The notes under the pieces: model-generated
Database searches by the model: none
What the model was told of the DNA's origin: nothing
What the model saw: only the letters and a program-made list of their open reading frames with translations
Part shown: positions 18,878-28,607 of the stretch, one piece after another
How the letters are laid out: each line of letters starts with the position of its first letter
Numbering within the stretch: position 1 is the first letter of the stretch
Made by a program: the position numbers and the translations under genes
Assembly (NCBI GenBank): GCA_018819225.1
Contig: JAHJQN010000003.1
Span: forward strand, 64,001 to 128,000
Origin: Candidatus Micrarchaeota archaeon
GTDB taxonomy: Archaea > Micrarchaeota > Micrarchaeia > Norongarragalinales > SBBD01
Length of the DNA stretch: 64,000 nucleotides
Direction of reading: 5' to 3'

Positions 18878-20320
18878 ATGAATCGTTTACAAAGAATCGC
18901 TATTTGGATGTTCTTGGGACTGCTTTTCGCGCCCGCGCACGCCATGGATCAGCCATCCGAAACGGATATTATGATCCAACCGATCATGGCAACGACGATG
19001 CCGCCATTTCCTGCAGAAAACTTCGATTACTCGATTCGTCTGCGACCGGGATGGAACCTCGTATCCGTTCCGGTTGCGTTCTATCAACGCGTGGAATGCA
19101 TTACGGCCCCTTGTCCTGCGGGAATGCCTGCCAACATTAAAAGCAATACGTGTCGCGATCCCAAGGTGTATGCGTACGACGCCTTAAACAACCGGTATCG
19201 AGACCAAACACAAGCGTTATACCAAGAAATCTATCCGCAAGGCGGGTGGAGCGCCGGATACGCGTATTGGGTGAAAGTGAAGGAATCTTGCGAGCTCACG
19301 TTTGAAGGATCGCATCGCATGACTCCCGAATTGATAGCGAATGGAGACGGGTGGTCATTGAATGCGGGCTGGAATGCCGTGGGTGGACCGTACAAGAATG
19401 TGGAGTTCTCGAAAGTGAGCGAGATGTGCCGCGTCTCAAGCGGACCGTACCGATTCAACACGGCAGCCAATAAATGGGAGAAAGCGCAAGTGCTCATGGA
19501 AGGCGAAGGATACTTCATCAAAGTGAGGGATGACTGTTTCTTAACGCCAAGCGGACCCGTCACCACCAACAGGGAACAAGCGTTGTGCGAAAGCACGGGA
19601 GGAAAATGGATCCAATACAAATGCGGTACGGGAAACAAATGCGTTGGTGCGAAACCCTACTGTGAATGCCCGAGTGATTCCGTGTGGAATGATGTGAAAG
19701 GATGCGGACTCAATTACCAAGATGAAGCGTATTGCGAGAAAGACTCGGATTGCGTACGACAAGGCAGCTGCTGCGATTGCGGGCTCGGAAAATATATCAA
19801 CAAAGATCATTACGAGGAGGTAATCTGCGAGGCGCAATGTTTGTGCGCATCGTATCCCAGTCGAGGCATCTGTGAAGACCATCAATGCAAGGCCGTGCCA
19901 AAAGAATACCTTCGCCAAACAGAGAAAGTGGAAATGAAGCTCAGCGCGTTCTCGCACGCCAATAACCCCATCGAAATCGGGGTCAAGAACCTAGGAGAGG
20001 AAAGTATTTATTACACGAAAGGATGCACGTCCCCATTTACGATAGAGAAGATGAATTTGAACGGCGAGTGGGAACCCCTTAAACGATACGGACCCAACAC
20101 CGCATTCTGCATGGGATTTTCAGTAGCCGAACTCGAGCCCGGAAATACGGACACGCTGGGCACCTGGAACCTCAAAGAATATTATCACACCATGGTCAAC
20201 AATGACCTCTACCAATTCGTGGGGTTAGGCCGGTATGCCATCGTCTTCGGATACACGTTTGACCCCGACCGAGCGGGCACAGCCGACTACGCGGTTCGAG
20301 CGGAATTTTCAATACCCTAA
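18878..20320 (+). CDS. Secreted Cys-rich protein with two LxxGWN repeats
   Basis: Signal peptide, LRPGWNLVSVP and LNAGWNAVGGP repeats, CITAPCP, CEKDSDC modules. SD GAGGTG. Confidence 0.8.
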   Translation: MNRLQRIAIWMFLGLLFAPAHAMDQPSETDIMIQPIMATTMPPFPAENFDYSIRLRPGWNLVSVPVAFYQRVECITAPCPAGMPANIKSNTCRDPKVYAYDALNNRYRDQTQALYQEIYPQGGWSAGYAYWVKVKESCELTFEGSHRMTPELIANGDGWSLNAGWNAVGGPYKNVEFSKVSEMCRVSSGPYRFNTAANKWEKAQVLMEGEGYFIKVRDDCFLTPSGPVTTNREQALCESTGGKWIQYKCGTGNKCVGAKPYCECPSDSVWNDVKGCGLNYQDEAYCEKDSDCVRQGSCCDCGLGKYINKDHYEEVICEAQCLCASYPSRGICEDHQCKAVPKEYLRQTEKVEMKLSAFSHANNPIEIGVKNLGEESIYYTKGCTSPFTIEKMNLNGEWEPLKRYGPNTAFCMGFSVAELEPGNTDTLGTWNLKEYYHTMVNNDLYQFVGLGRYAIVFGYTFDPDRAGTADYAVRAEFSIP

Positions 20321-20349
20321 AATAGAAACGCGCGCAGGTGAGACACGCA

Positions 20350-21834
20350 ATGGAAAAAAGAGGCCTAATCGGTATTGCAGCGGTTCTGTTAATGATCGCG
20401 ATGCCCGCAGTAAACGGTACCACGTTTATTTCAGAGTGCGCGTCCGATAACTACCGGACCGCGCAATCGGATGCCGTGGCCACGGGCACGATCTACCACG
20501 TGGAAAGCACGGTGCGCGAAAGCGAGATGACCGTAATCCGTATCGAAGACGTCACGTTCGAGAAAGGCGGGCCGGAACCAACGGACCTGCACATCACGTC
20601 CATGGAATTCTACGTACTCGGAAATGAAAACATGCGGGTCGCGGGATTCCCTGAACTGGACGCAAACGATATCGGGAAACGCGTGCGCGTGCAATTGCAT
20701 AAAGATTTTTACGGAAGTTACAGTCTCGTATGCGGGGAATTCGGATGGGCATTCTTACAGCTACCCCAAGAACCTATCGTGAATGAACGCTTCGAACAAG
20801 CCGTTGAACTGGAAGCAGGCTGGAACCTGTTTAGCATCAATCCCTACGTATACCGCGGAATCGATTGTCAAGAAAACGAACGCTGCATTTTAATCGCAGG
20901 AACCGCGCTGGAAGTGAAGGAAAACTCGTGCGGGAACATGCGATTATGGCACTACCATCCGGAAACGAATCAGTACGAACACGCGAGGTTATCAGAACTT
21001 GAATACGCGCACGTGCAAGGCCTTGCCCATAATCCGTCGAACGGCTATTTCGCGAAAGTGCCGAATCATTGCCGCGTCGTATTTACGGGAGACGAGGAAC
21101 TTCAGAGCATGCATGGAACGCAGCTGCAGCGGGGATGGAATCAAATCGGCGCCGCGTATCATTCCGAAAACGCGGAAACCCTGCTGCGCTCGTGCTTCGT
21201 GAACGCGGGCCCGTATGATTATGACTCGAACGTGAAGCGATGGGTTCGCGCGACGGCATTCGAACCCGAAAAAGCGTATTTCGTGAAAGTGGCCGGCGAG
21301 TGTTCGCTTAAGCAAAAAGAGCCGGATACAACAAAGAAAAAGCTTTGTGAAGATTCAGAGGGAAGCTGGGAAAAAACCTGCCAGTCTTCTGATGTGAAAT
21401 GCACCATTTACGAATGGAATTGCCAGTGTCCCGAGACGCTGAGTTGGTCCGATCGTTCGGGATGCGTCACCACAGCCACCCATTCAGGAAATGATCCGTC
21501 CGTCACATTTGACGAGCTCATGGAAGCGCCATGGAAGCACGACGGGCAAGGCGTTTGTGTCGAAGCGGTTTACGGAAATGGATTTGAATTCTCTGGATTA
21601 GGTCAAGAAACGATCGATCGTTGTACGGACAGCGAACCCCCCGAATGTTATTACCAGTTATCCGAACCGGTTATCTGGACGTCCTTGAGCACCATTACAC
21701 CTCTCGAAGTAAAAATCGCGAGGGCGCAAGGATCGTATTACCAGAAAGCGGTATCGTGCGGCGTATTCTACTATGAACCGCGCGGTGGTTTTGGACATCT
21801 CGGCGCATACCAGTACACGATTATAGCGAGTTAA
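20350..21834 (+). CDS. Secreted Cys-rich paralog with two LxxGWN repeats
   Basis: Signal peptide, LEAGWNLFSINP and LQRGWNQIG, and a LCE..G.W..C.CP module shared with the upstream gene. Confidence 0.8.
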   Translation: MEKRGLIGIAAVLLMIAMPAVNGTTFISECASDNYRTAQSDAVATGTIYHVESTVRESEMTVIRIEDVTFEKGGPEPTDLHITSMEFYVLGNENMRVAGFPELDANDIGKRVRVQLHKDFYGSYSLVCGEFGWAFLQLPQEPIVNERFEQAVELEAGWNLFSINPYVYRGIDCQENERCILIAGTALEVKENSCGNMRLWHYHPETNQYEHARLSELEYAHVQGLAHNPSNGYFAKVPNHCRVVFTGDEELQSMHGTQLQRGWNQIGAAYHSENAETLLRSCFVNAGPYDYDSNVKRWVRATAFEPEKAYFVKVAGECSLKQKEPDTTKKKLCEDSEGSWEKTCQSSDVKCTIYEWNCQCPETLSWSDRSGCVTTATHSGNDPSVTFDELMEAPWKHDGQGVCVEAVYGNGFEFSGLGQETIDRCTDSEPPECYYQLSEPVIWTSLSTITPLEVKIARAQGSYYQKAVSCGVFYYEPRGGFGHLGAYQYTIIAS

Positions 21835-24251
21835 GGCTGCACGTGCACGGAAACCATTGATCCATCTCCGGAAAGGGGTTTGAAGGAAACGCTTCCGAGC
21901 TTCATCACCGCCTTCAAATCCGCTTCCAGCTCCGTCATCCGCGGCAACAGCTTCTCCGGCACGGAAACCTCGGCGGAAGAAAGGGGTTCATTTAATGCGA
22001 GATGGTTCGCGGCCTTGAACTTGCGTATCAAGGATACCGCGTCGTGCAAAATGTGCGCGAGTTCCTCCGCAGACGCATCGCGGAGAGATTCCTTCATCTC
22101 CGGCCAAGACGTGAGGTGAATGGACTTGGCTTCCCGCGCCTCTTTCGGAAACAGCCTGTGGAATAATTCTTCCGTGACGTAGCAGGCGAAAGGCGCCAAG
22201 AGCTGCAGCGTGTTCAACAAGACTTCCCGAAAAACGTATTGAACCGCTTCCCGGCTCTTCGCGTGTTCCTTCCCTTTAGCGTAAATACGGTGCTTCACTT
22301 CCTCGAGATAGAAATCACAGAAATCCTTCCAGAAAAAGTTTTGCACGGCCACAATGGAATCATAGTATTCGTATTGGTCCATGGATTGCGTCGTCGATTC
22401 GATGGTGGCGTGCAAGCGAGAAAGCATCCAGCGGTCCGAGACGTGCAAGTGCGCTTTGACTTCCCCATAAGACCGAGGTTCGGAATGCTCCAGAGTTTTA
22501 GCGACAAGGGATGAAGCGTTCCAGAGCTTGTTGAGAAAACTTTGCGCGTATTGAATATCCTTCCAGTAAAACACGTTATCTTTTCCGGTGGTGCCGGAGA
22601 GCGCTATCCATTGTCTTAACGCGTCCACGGAGCTCTTCGCAATAACGTCTTTGGCTTCCACGTAATTGCCGAGACTCTTGCTCATCTTCTTGTTGTCGCT
22701 TCCGAGCACCATGCCGTTGATCAGCAAATCCTTGAACGGAGGCGTTCCCGTGAGCTCCGTGCAGCGAAAGATCGAGTAAAACGCCCACGTGCGGATAATG
22801 TCCGTGCCTTGAGGACGCACCGCGTTCGGGTACAAGCGTTTGAACAGCTTCTCGTCCTCCATCCACTTGCTGATAATCAAGGGGGTTATGCTGGAGTCCA
22901 CCCAGCCGTCGCACACGGAGGTTTCCCCGATAATGGCCCCTCCACACGAACACGTCTTTTTCTTGAATGCGTGCGAAGCAGGGTCAACGGGAAGATCGTT
23001 CTTTGAAGGCGCATGAACCGCGCCGCATTTTTCGCAATAATAGAACGGGAGAGGAATGCCGAATACGCGCTGGCGCGAAATGCACCAATCCCATTCCAAG
23101 CCGTTCGTCCAATCAACCAGGAGTTGTTGGTGATGGGAAGGATACCAGCGCATGCGAGAAGAGGCTTTCAAAATCTTTTCTTTCTGGTCCTTGAGCTTGA
23201 TGAACCACTGCCGGCTCTGCAGTAATTCAACGGGATGCTTGCAACGGTCGTGCACCTTCACCGTCTGACGTCGTTTTTCTTGCTTGAGCAATAAACCGGC
23301 AGAACCCAAATCGTCAATTATTTTTGCGCGCGCTTTATCCGCTTTCAAACCGTTGTACGCTTCCGAAGCGTTCATCACGCGACCCGCGTGATCAAATGCC
23401 TCGACGACCGGCAACGTATATTGGTACATCCACATCACGTCCTGCCGGTCACCAAACGTGCAAATCATGACGATACCGGAACCGAATTCGGGATCAACTG
23501 CAGAATCCGCGTACACGCGCACCGGTTTCTTAAATAGCGGGGTAAACGCGATCTTTCCAATCCACTTCTTGTTTCGCGCGTCTTCCGGATGCACCGCGAT
23601 ACCCACGCACGCGTGCAAAAGCTCGGGACGCGTCGTCGCGATCACGAGATCCTGTTCCTCGCACGAGAATTTCACGTAGTGGAGCGTGCCCTCGCGATCA
23701 TGATCCTCGGTCTCCGCCTTCGCGATCGCGCTTCGGCAGCGCGTGCAGAATAAAACAGGATGCTTGGCCTGATAGACCAAGCCGTTATCGTGCATGAGAA
23801 GAAGCGATAGCTGCACCTTGCGGTGATACTCCTTGTGAAACGTGTAATACTCGTGCCGCCAATCAATACTGAAACCCATCTGCTGCATTTGCTCCTTGAT
23901 GGAAGCCACCATGTCGCGACTCCACTCCAAACACTTCTCCCGAAATTCAGCTCGCGGCAGACGTCCAAACTTCTTTTCCACTTTCGTTTCCGTTGGAAAT
24001 CCGTGGCAATCCCAGCCTTGAGGGAATAAAACGTTGTATTGGCGCATCCGCTTGTACCGGGCCGCAAAATCGATGTAACCCCAATTCAACGTCGACCCCG
24101 TATGAAATTCTCCAGTGGGAAACGGAGGAGGCGTATCGATAACGTAAATCGGTTTTTGGGCATCCGATTCATCGAATTGGTGGATGCGGTGATGGTGCCA
24201 GTACTCCCGCCAACGCCCTTCCATCTGTTTCGAGTTAAGCTTGCCGAGCAT
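21831..24251 (-). CDS. valS: Valine--tRNA ligase (archaeal type)
   Basis: IDTPPP, GWDCHG, IATTRPEL, WDWCISRQR, RPQGTDIIRTW, KMSKS. Start at ATG 24251. Confidence 0.95.
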   Translation of the reverse strand: MLGKLNSKQMEGRWREYWHHHRIHQFDESDAQKPIYVIDTPPPFPTGEFHTGSTLNWGYIDFAARYKRMRQYNVLFPQGWDCHGFPTETKVEKKFGRLPRAEFREKCLEWSRDMVASIKEQMQQMGFSIDWRHEYYTFHKEYHRKVQLSLLLMHDNGLVYQAKHPVLFCTRCRSAIAKAETEDHDREGTLHYVKFSCEEQDLVIATTRPELLHACVGIAVHPEDARNKKWIGKIAFTPLFKKPVRVYADSAVDPEFGSGIVMICTFGDRQDVMWMYQYTLPVVEAFDHAGRVMNASEAYNGLKADKARAKIIDDLGSAGLLLKQEKRRQTVKVHDRCKHPVELLQSRQWFIKLKDQKEKILKASSRMRWYPSHHQQLLVDWTNGLEWDWCISRQRVFGIPLPFYYCEKCGAVHAPSKNDLPVDPASHAFKKKTCSCGGAIIGETSVCDGWVDSSITPLIISKWMEDEKLFKRLYPNAVRPQGTDIIRTWAFYSIFRCTELTGTPPFKDLLINGMVLGSDNKKMSKSLGNYVEAKDVIAKSSVDALRQWIALSGTTGKDNVFYWKDIQYAQSFLNKLWNASSLVAKTLEHSEPRSYGEVKAHLHVSDRWMLSRLHATIESTTQSMDQYEYYDSIVAVQNFFWKDFCDFYLEEVKHRIYAKGKEHAKSREAVQYVFREVLLNTLQLLAPFACYVTEELFHRLFPKEAREAKSIHLTSWPEMKESLRDASAEELAHILHDAVSLIRKFKAANHLALNEPLSSAEVSVPEKLLPRMTELEADLKAVMKLGSVSFKPLSGDGSMVSVHVQP

Positions 24252-24289
24252 ATGATCACGTGCTGCGTAGCTCTTAGCGGTGAAAGCCT

Positions 24290-24925
24290 TTAAGGGATTG
24301 CGGTCTCCCGTTTCCGGTGCTTCCAATACTCGTAAATGGCGGGAAGGAACGACAGGAATATCACCAAACCAATAACCCAAAGCAAATTTTTCTCGAGATC
24401 GGGAATCGCGTGCCCGAGGAAGAAGCTGAGTGACGTGAGACCCGTCACCCAAATGAACCCGCCCACCACGTTGTACGTGGCAAACGACTTGTACGACATG
24501 CCGGAGGCTCCAGCTACGATGGGCGCAAACGTGCGCACCACGGGAACAAAACGCGCAAGAACAATGGTTTTCCCGCCGTGTTTATCGTAAAAGGCCTTTG
24601 CTTTCTGCAAGTGGCTTTGCTTGAAGAAACGAGAGTCCGGACGCGAATAAAGTCTCGGACCTACTTTCTTCCCGAAAAAGTAGCCGACCGCATCCCCCAT
24701 GATGGCCGCAGGAACGAGAATGACGTTGAGCAGAAAAATATCCAAGTGACCGGTCGCAGCAAACAAGCCCGCGGTAACGAGCAAGGAATCCCCGGGCAAA
24801 AAGAAACCAATCATCAGCCCGGTTTCCGCAAAAATGATGAAGGCCAGACCCGCATAACCCACCGTGCTGATGAGGAAAGGAATATCGTAGAGTTGGGTAA
24901 AGAATACGATGAGCTGATCCCACAT
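24290..24925 (-). CDS. DedA-family membrane protein
   Basis: IIFAETGL..FFLPGDSLL and ARFVPVVRTFAP. Confidence 0.93.
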   Translation of the reverse strand: MWDQLIVFFTQLYDIPFLISTVGYAGLAFIIFAETGLMIGFFLPGDSLLVTAGLFAATGHLDIFLLNVILVPAAIMGDAVGYFFGKKVGPRLYSRPDSRFFKQSHLQKAKAFYDKHGGKTIVLARFVPVVRTFAPIVAGASGMSYKSFATYNVVGGFIWVTGLTSLSFFLGHAIPDLEKNLLWVIGLVIFLSFLPAIYEYWKHRKRETAIP

Positions 24926-24948
24926 GATAACAATCCTCCGAATCGACG

Positions 24949-25353
24949 TTATAACTCCAACAGCTTTAACCCGACTTCGGAATCCATTTCCCGACGTATC
25001 TTTTTAAGCTCTGTGACGAAGAGCTCGAGCGTAGCAGAAACCCGGGCCTCCTTTACGTGGCCGCCGAAACACTGAAAGGAATGATCGGAAATCACGGCAT
25101 GCGCGTGCAAACCGGTCTCGGAAATCGTGCCCTGCAGGGAAACGACTTCGAACTCGCCCTGCCACGTCCCCCAAACGTAGCCTTTCGTCTCTAATACATA
25201 GCGGCCAAGCGTAATCTCGTCCACGGCTCCAATCCCTTGAACCCGACCGCCTTTTACACCGGTTTGCTCGAAAAACGATTGCATGGACTCGAACAGCTTT
25301 TCCCCGCGTGTTAGTCGAATGACGAAGTGATTGCTCTCCTTGCGCATTTCCAT
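24949..25353 (-). CDS. PPC/DUF296-domain protein
   Basis: IRL..GE, GIGAV, EVVSLQGTI, HAH, GGH. Confidence 0.9.
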   Translation of the reverse strand: MEMRKESNHFVIRLTRGEKLFESMQSFFEQTGVKGGRVQGIGAVDEITLGRYVLETKGYVWGTWQGEFEVVSLQGTISETGLHAHAVISDHSFQCFGGHVKEARVSATLELFVTELKKIRREMDSEVGLKLLEL

Positions 25354-25450
25354 AGCCGTCCCCTCCCTGCACTAAACCATTTTAAATTTGAGTGAATTGA
25401 AACGTACCAAGCATAAAAACATTTGCCAACCAATCCCAAGTGAAAAACTT

Positions 25451-25678
25451 ATGAGTACCTCCAAACGATTTAAACACGTGACCTGGGCGATTCTGGCCTT
25501 CATCGCGCTCATCATAGCGAGCATTGGAGCCTCTTACCACGCGGTCATCGACGTGTTCGGAGCCAAAATAGCATTGCAACCCTATTCGTACGTGTTTTGG
25601 GGACTCGCGTTCTTGATTATTGTGTTCATTGCATTCAACGTCTGGAAACCAGAGCCCACGCACGCCAAAGAGGAGTAA
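25451..25678 (+). CDS. Small 2-TM membrane protein upstream of ftsZ
   Basis: Two hydrophobic helices. Its stop lies 2 nt before the ftsZ ATG. Confidence 0.6.
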   Translation: MSTSKRFKHVTWAILAFIALIIASIGASYHAVIDVFGAKIALQPYSYVFWGLAFLIIVFIAFNVWKPEPTHAKEE

Positions 25679-25680
25679 CC

Positions 25681-26931
25681 ATGGGACTCATCGAAAAATT
25701 ATTAACCGGGGAAGAAAAAGAAGGCAGCGCTTCCGAGCTCAACGAAATCCAAGACGAGAATGTCAAGCGACTCGAAGAAGAAGAGGAAAAGCGGCGCGGA
25801 CTCGAACAATCCCCGGAGTCCCTTGAAAAAGAGGAAAACGAAGTGCCTCCCGAACGAATACCCAAACCCGCACCCGAAAAGCCGCTATCGAAAGACGATG
25901 AAGAACTCAAGAAGTTTCTCGATCAAAGCGAGCCCAAAATCTTTGTCGTGGGATCCGGAGGCTCGGGATGCAACACCCTCAACCGCATGATCGAAGAGGG
26001 GGGCGTGCACGGATCGCGCATCGTGGCATTGAACACGGACGCGCAACACTTGTTCCGCGTATCCAAAGCCGAACGCAAACTCCTCCTCGGAAAACAGAAA
26101 ACCAAAGGAAGCGGGGCGGGAAGCAACCCGCAACTCGGAAAAGCAGCCGCCGAAGAATCCTATAAAGAAATCAAGCATCTGCTAGCCGACGCGAACATGG
26201 TATTCGTCACGTGCGGAATGGGGGGCGGAACCGGAACCGGAAGTGCGTCGGTCGTTGCCCAGGCCGCCAAGGAGAACGGTGCGCTCGTCATCGGCATCGT
26301 CACCATGCCGTTCACGAGCGAAGGCCACAAACGCATGCACAACGCCATTGAAGGCCTGAAAGCGTTGCGCCAAGTCGCGGACACGACCATCGCGATTCCC
26401 AACGATAAACTGCTGTTCTTTGTACCGGACCTGCCGTTGAATCAAGCCTTCCGTGCTGCGGACGAAGTGCTGGCCAATGCCGTCAGAGGCATCGCGGAAC
26501 TCATCACCAAGCCCGGCCTCATCAATTTGGATTTTGCGGACGTGAAAACCATTATCGAAAGCTCCGGAATTGCCATGATCGGCCTCGGAGAAAACTCGAA
26601 GGATCAAGGAAAAGACCGCGTCGTGGATGCCGCTCATCGCGCACTCCAATCCCCGCTGCTCGATTTGGATTTGTCGCAAGCCAACAAGGCGTTGGTGCAC
26701 ATCACGGGAGGAGAGGATATGACGTTGGGAGAAGCGGAGGCAGCCGTCAATGCGATCAGCGCAAAAATAGCGAAGGAAGCGCACGTGATCTGGGGCGCAA
26801 CCGTTGAAAAGGAGTTGACGGGCAAAGGCGTAAAAGTACTGGCCGTGCTTTCCGGTATTCAGGACGATCAGCATCAGAAACAACCCGAAGTCGCCATTGA
26901 AGAAACGCTCAACCTCGAATTCATCACGTAG
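25681..26931 (+). CDS. ftsZ: Cell division protein FtsZ (FtsZ1-type genomic context)
   Basis: [54 protein letters not shown]. Confidence 0.97.
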   Translation: MGLIEKLLTGEEKEGSASELNEIQDENVKRLEEEEEKRRGLEQSPESLEKEENEVPPERIPKPAPEKPLSKDDEELKKFLDQSEPKIFVVGSGGSGCNTLNRMIEEGGVHGSRIVALNTDAQHLFRVSKAERKLLLGKQKTKGSGAGSNPQLGKAAAEESYKEIKHLLADANMVFVTCGMGGGTGTGSASVVAQAAKENGALVIGIVTMPFTSEGHKRMHNAIEGLKALRQVADTTIAIPNDKLLFFVPDLPLNQAFRAADEVLANAVRGIAELITKPGLINLDFADVKTIIESSGIAMIGLGENSKDQGKDRVVDAAHRALQSPLLDLDLSQANKALVHITGGEDMTLGEAEAAVNAISAKIAKEAHVIWGATVEKELTGKGVKVLAVLSGIQDDQHQKQPEVAIEETLNLEFIT

Positions 26932-27068
26932 CATACCGGTCAGTGAACGCGATAACGCAACGCTTAAAAATGTTCTATTGCCTAAGGGAATTGCTAATTT
27001 TCCGAGTGCCTAGTTTTGGATGCGTTAGAGGTGCACTGCGGAAAAGGCGATAAAAAAAGGGGATCCGA

Positions 27069-27269
27069 ATGGTCAGCTTGCAAAGCATTGGAGCCATGTT
27101 CGAGGAATTCGTCAAGCAGAGTGAACGCGTCATAAACGTGACGCACAAGCCCGGACCCGACGAATACAAACGCATTGCCATCAGTACCGGAATCGGCATG
27201 CTCATCATCGGCGTCATCGGTTACGTCATCGCCATGGCCGCCGTCTTCATGCGAAGAGGCAGCTTCTAA
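27069..27269 (+). CDS. secE: Protein translocase SecE/Sec61-gamma
   Basis: RVINVTHKPGPDEY..IA..TG.G..IIG.IGY in the conserved ftsZ-secE-spt5 order. Confidence 0.92.
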   Translation: MVSLQSIGAMFEEFVKQSERVINVTHKPGPDEYKRIAISTGIGMLIIGVIGYVIAMAAVFMRRGSF

Positions 27270-27285
27270 AAAAAAGTGAAAAACC

Positions 27286-27720
27286 ATGTTATTCGCATTT
27301 CGCGTCACGGCCGGTCAAGAAAACATTGTCGCCGATTTGTTGAACGAGAAAACGAAGAAAACCAAGGCGCCCATTCAAGGCATCGTGGTATCACCTTACC
27401 TGAAAGGCTACCTGATCGCCGAAGCGGAAAACGAAGTGGAAGCCAAGCGTTTGATCACGAACGTACCGCACGTTAAAGGCGTGTTGCAACGGCCCATGCA
27501 AATCGAAGACCTGAAAGAAATGCTGGAAAGCAAGCCGCAAGAAATCACGCTCGAAGAAAGCGACCTCGTGGAAATCACGTCCGGGCCCTTTAAAGGCGAG
27601 AAAGCGAAAGTCGTGCGCATCTTCAAGGACAAGGAAGAAGTGATCGTCGAACTCGTGGAAGTCGCGGTACCGATTCCGGTCACCATCAAAATCAATACCG
27701 TCAAAGTACTGCAACAGTGA
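27286..27720 (+). CDS. spt5: Transcription elongation factor Spt5 (NusG)
   Basis: VTAGQE, LKGYL.AE and KOW motif VEITSGPFKGEKAKV. Confidence 0.95.
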   Translation: MLFAFRVTAGQENIVADLLNEKTKKTKAPIQGIVVSPYLKGYLIAEAENEVEAKRLITNVPHVKGVLQRPMQIEDLKEMLESKPQEITLEESDLVEITSGPFKGEKAKVVRIFKDKEEVIVELVEVAVPIPVTIKINTVKVLQQ

Positions 27721-27726
27721 TTAACT

Positions 27727-28218
27727 ATGGGAAAACAAACAATACCCGCATTAGTGGAAGGCGGCAACGCAACCGCAGGCCCGCCGTTGGGACCCGCGCT
27801 CGGAGCCGCCAAAGTGAACATCGGCCAAGTGATCGCGGCCATCAACGAAAAAACCGCGGCCTTCAAAGGCATTTCCGTGCCCATTAAAGTCATTATAGAT
27901 ACGGGCACCAAACAGTTTGAAGTCGAAGTGGGCACGCCCCCCGTATCCGCGTTGATCAAGAAAGAACTCGGTATTACGGAAAACGTGAAAGAAGAATCGG
28001 GCGTGAAAGGAAAGAAAATCATCGGGAATCTCAGTATCGATCAAGTGGTACGCGTCGCGAAATCGAAACAAAGCGCGAGTTTAGCCACCACGCTCAAGAA
28101 CGGCGTCAAGGAAGTCATGGGCACGTGTAAAAGCATGGGCGTGACCGTGGAAAACAAGGATCCCAAGGAAACCATTCAAGAAACGGATTCGGGCGCGTTC
28201 GACGAAAAAATTAAATAG
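27727..28218 (+). CDS. rpl11: 50S ribosomal protein uL11
   Basis: LVEGGNATAGPPLGPALG, VGTPPVSALIKKE, GTCKSMG. Confidence 0.96.
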   Translation: MGKQTIPALVEGGNATAGPPLGPALGAAKVNIGQVIAAINEKTAAFKGISVPIKVIIDTGTKQFEVEVGTPPVSALIKKELGITENVKEESGVKGKKIIGNLSIDQVVRVAKSKQSASLATTLKNGVKEVMGTCKSMGVTVENKDPKETIQETDSGAFDEKIK

Positions 28219-28267
28219 TCCGCTGCCCCCACCTTTGTTCATACGGCATTCAAGCGAGGTGGACGAT

Positions 28268-28600
28268 ATGGAACAACCGGCAACGCAACAACCCCAGCCA
28301 AAGCCCGAAACCAAGACCAGCGAACCCAAAAAAGACCGCAATATCGTGTACGTCGGAAAAAAAGAAACGATGGCCTACGTGCTCGCCGTCGTCACCCAAT
28401 TCAATCAAGGATCGCAAGAAGTGCATCTGAAAGCACGCGGCCGCAGCATCAACAAAGCCGTTGATATCTCGCAAATCGTCAAGAACCGTTTCGTGCCAAC
28501 CCTCACGATAAAAAACGTTGATATCGCCACCGAAGAACTGACTTCGGAAGACGGCAGCGTCAACAAAGTCAGCAGCATGGACATTCTCGTGCGGAAATAA
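28268..28600 (+). CDS. albA: DNA/RNA-binding protein Alba
   Basis: VYVGKK..MAYVLAV, LKARGRSINKAVD, VSSMDI. SD GAGGTG. Confidence 0.95.
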   Translation: MEQPATQQPQPKPETKTSEPKKDRNIVYVGKKETMAYVLAVVTQFNQGSQEVHLKARGRSINKAVDISQIVKNRFVPTLTIKNVDIATEELTSEDGSVNKVSSMDILVRK

Positions 28601-28607
28601 GATAATG

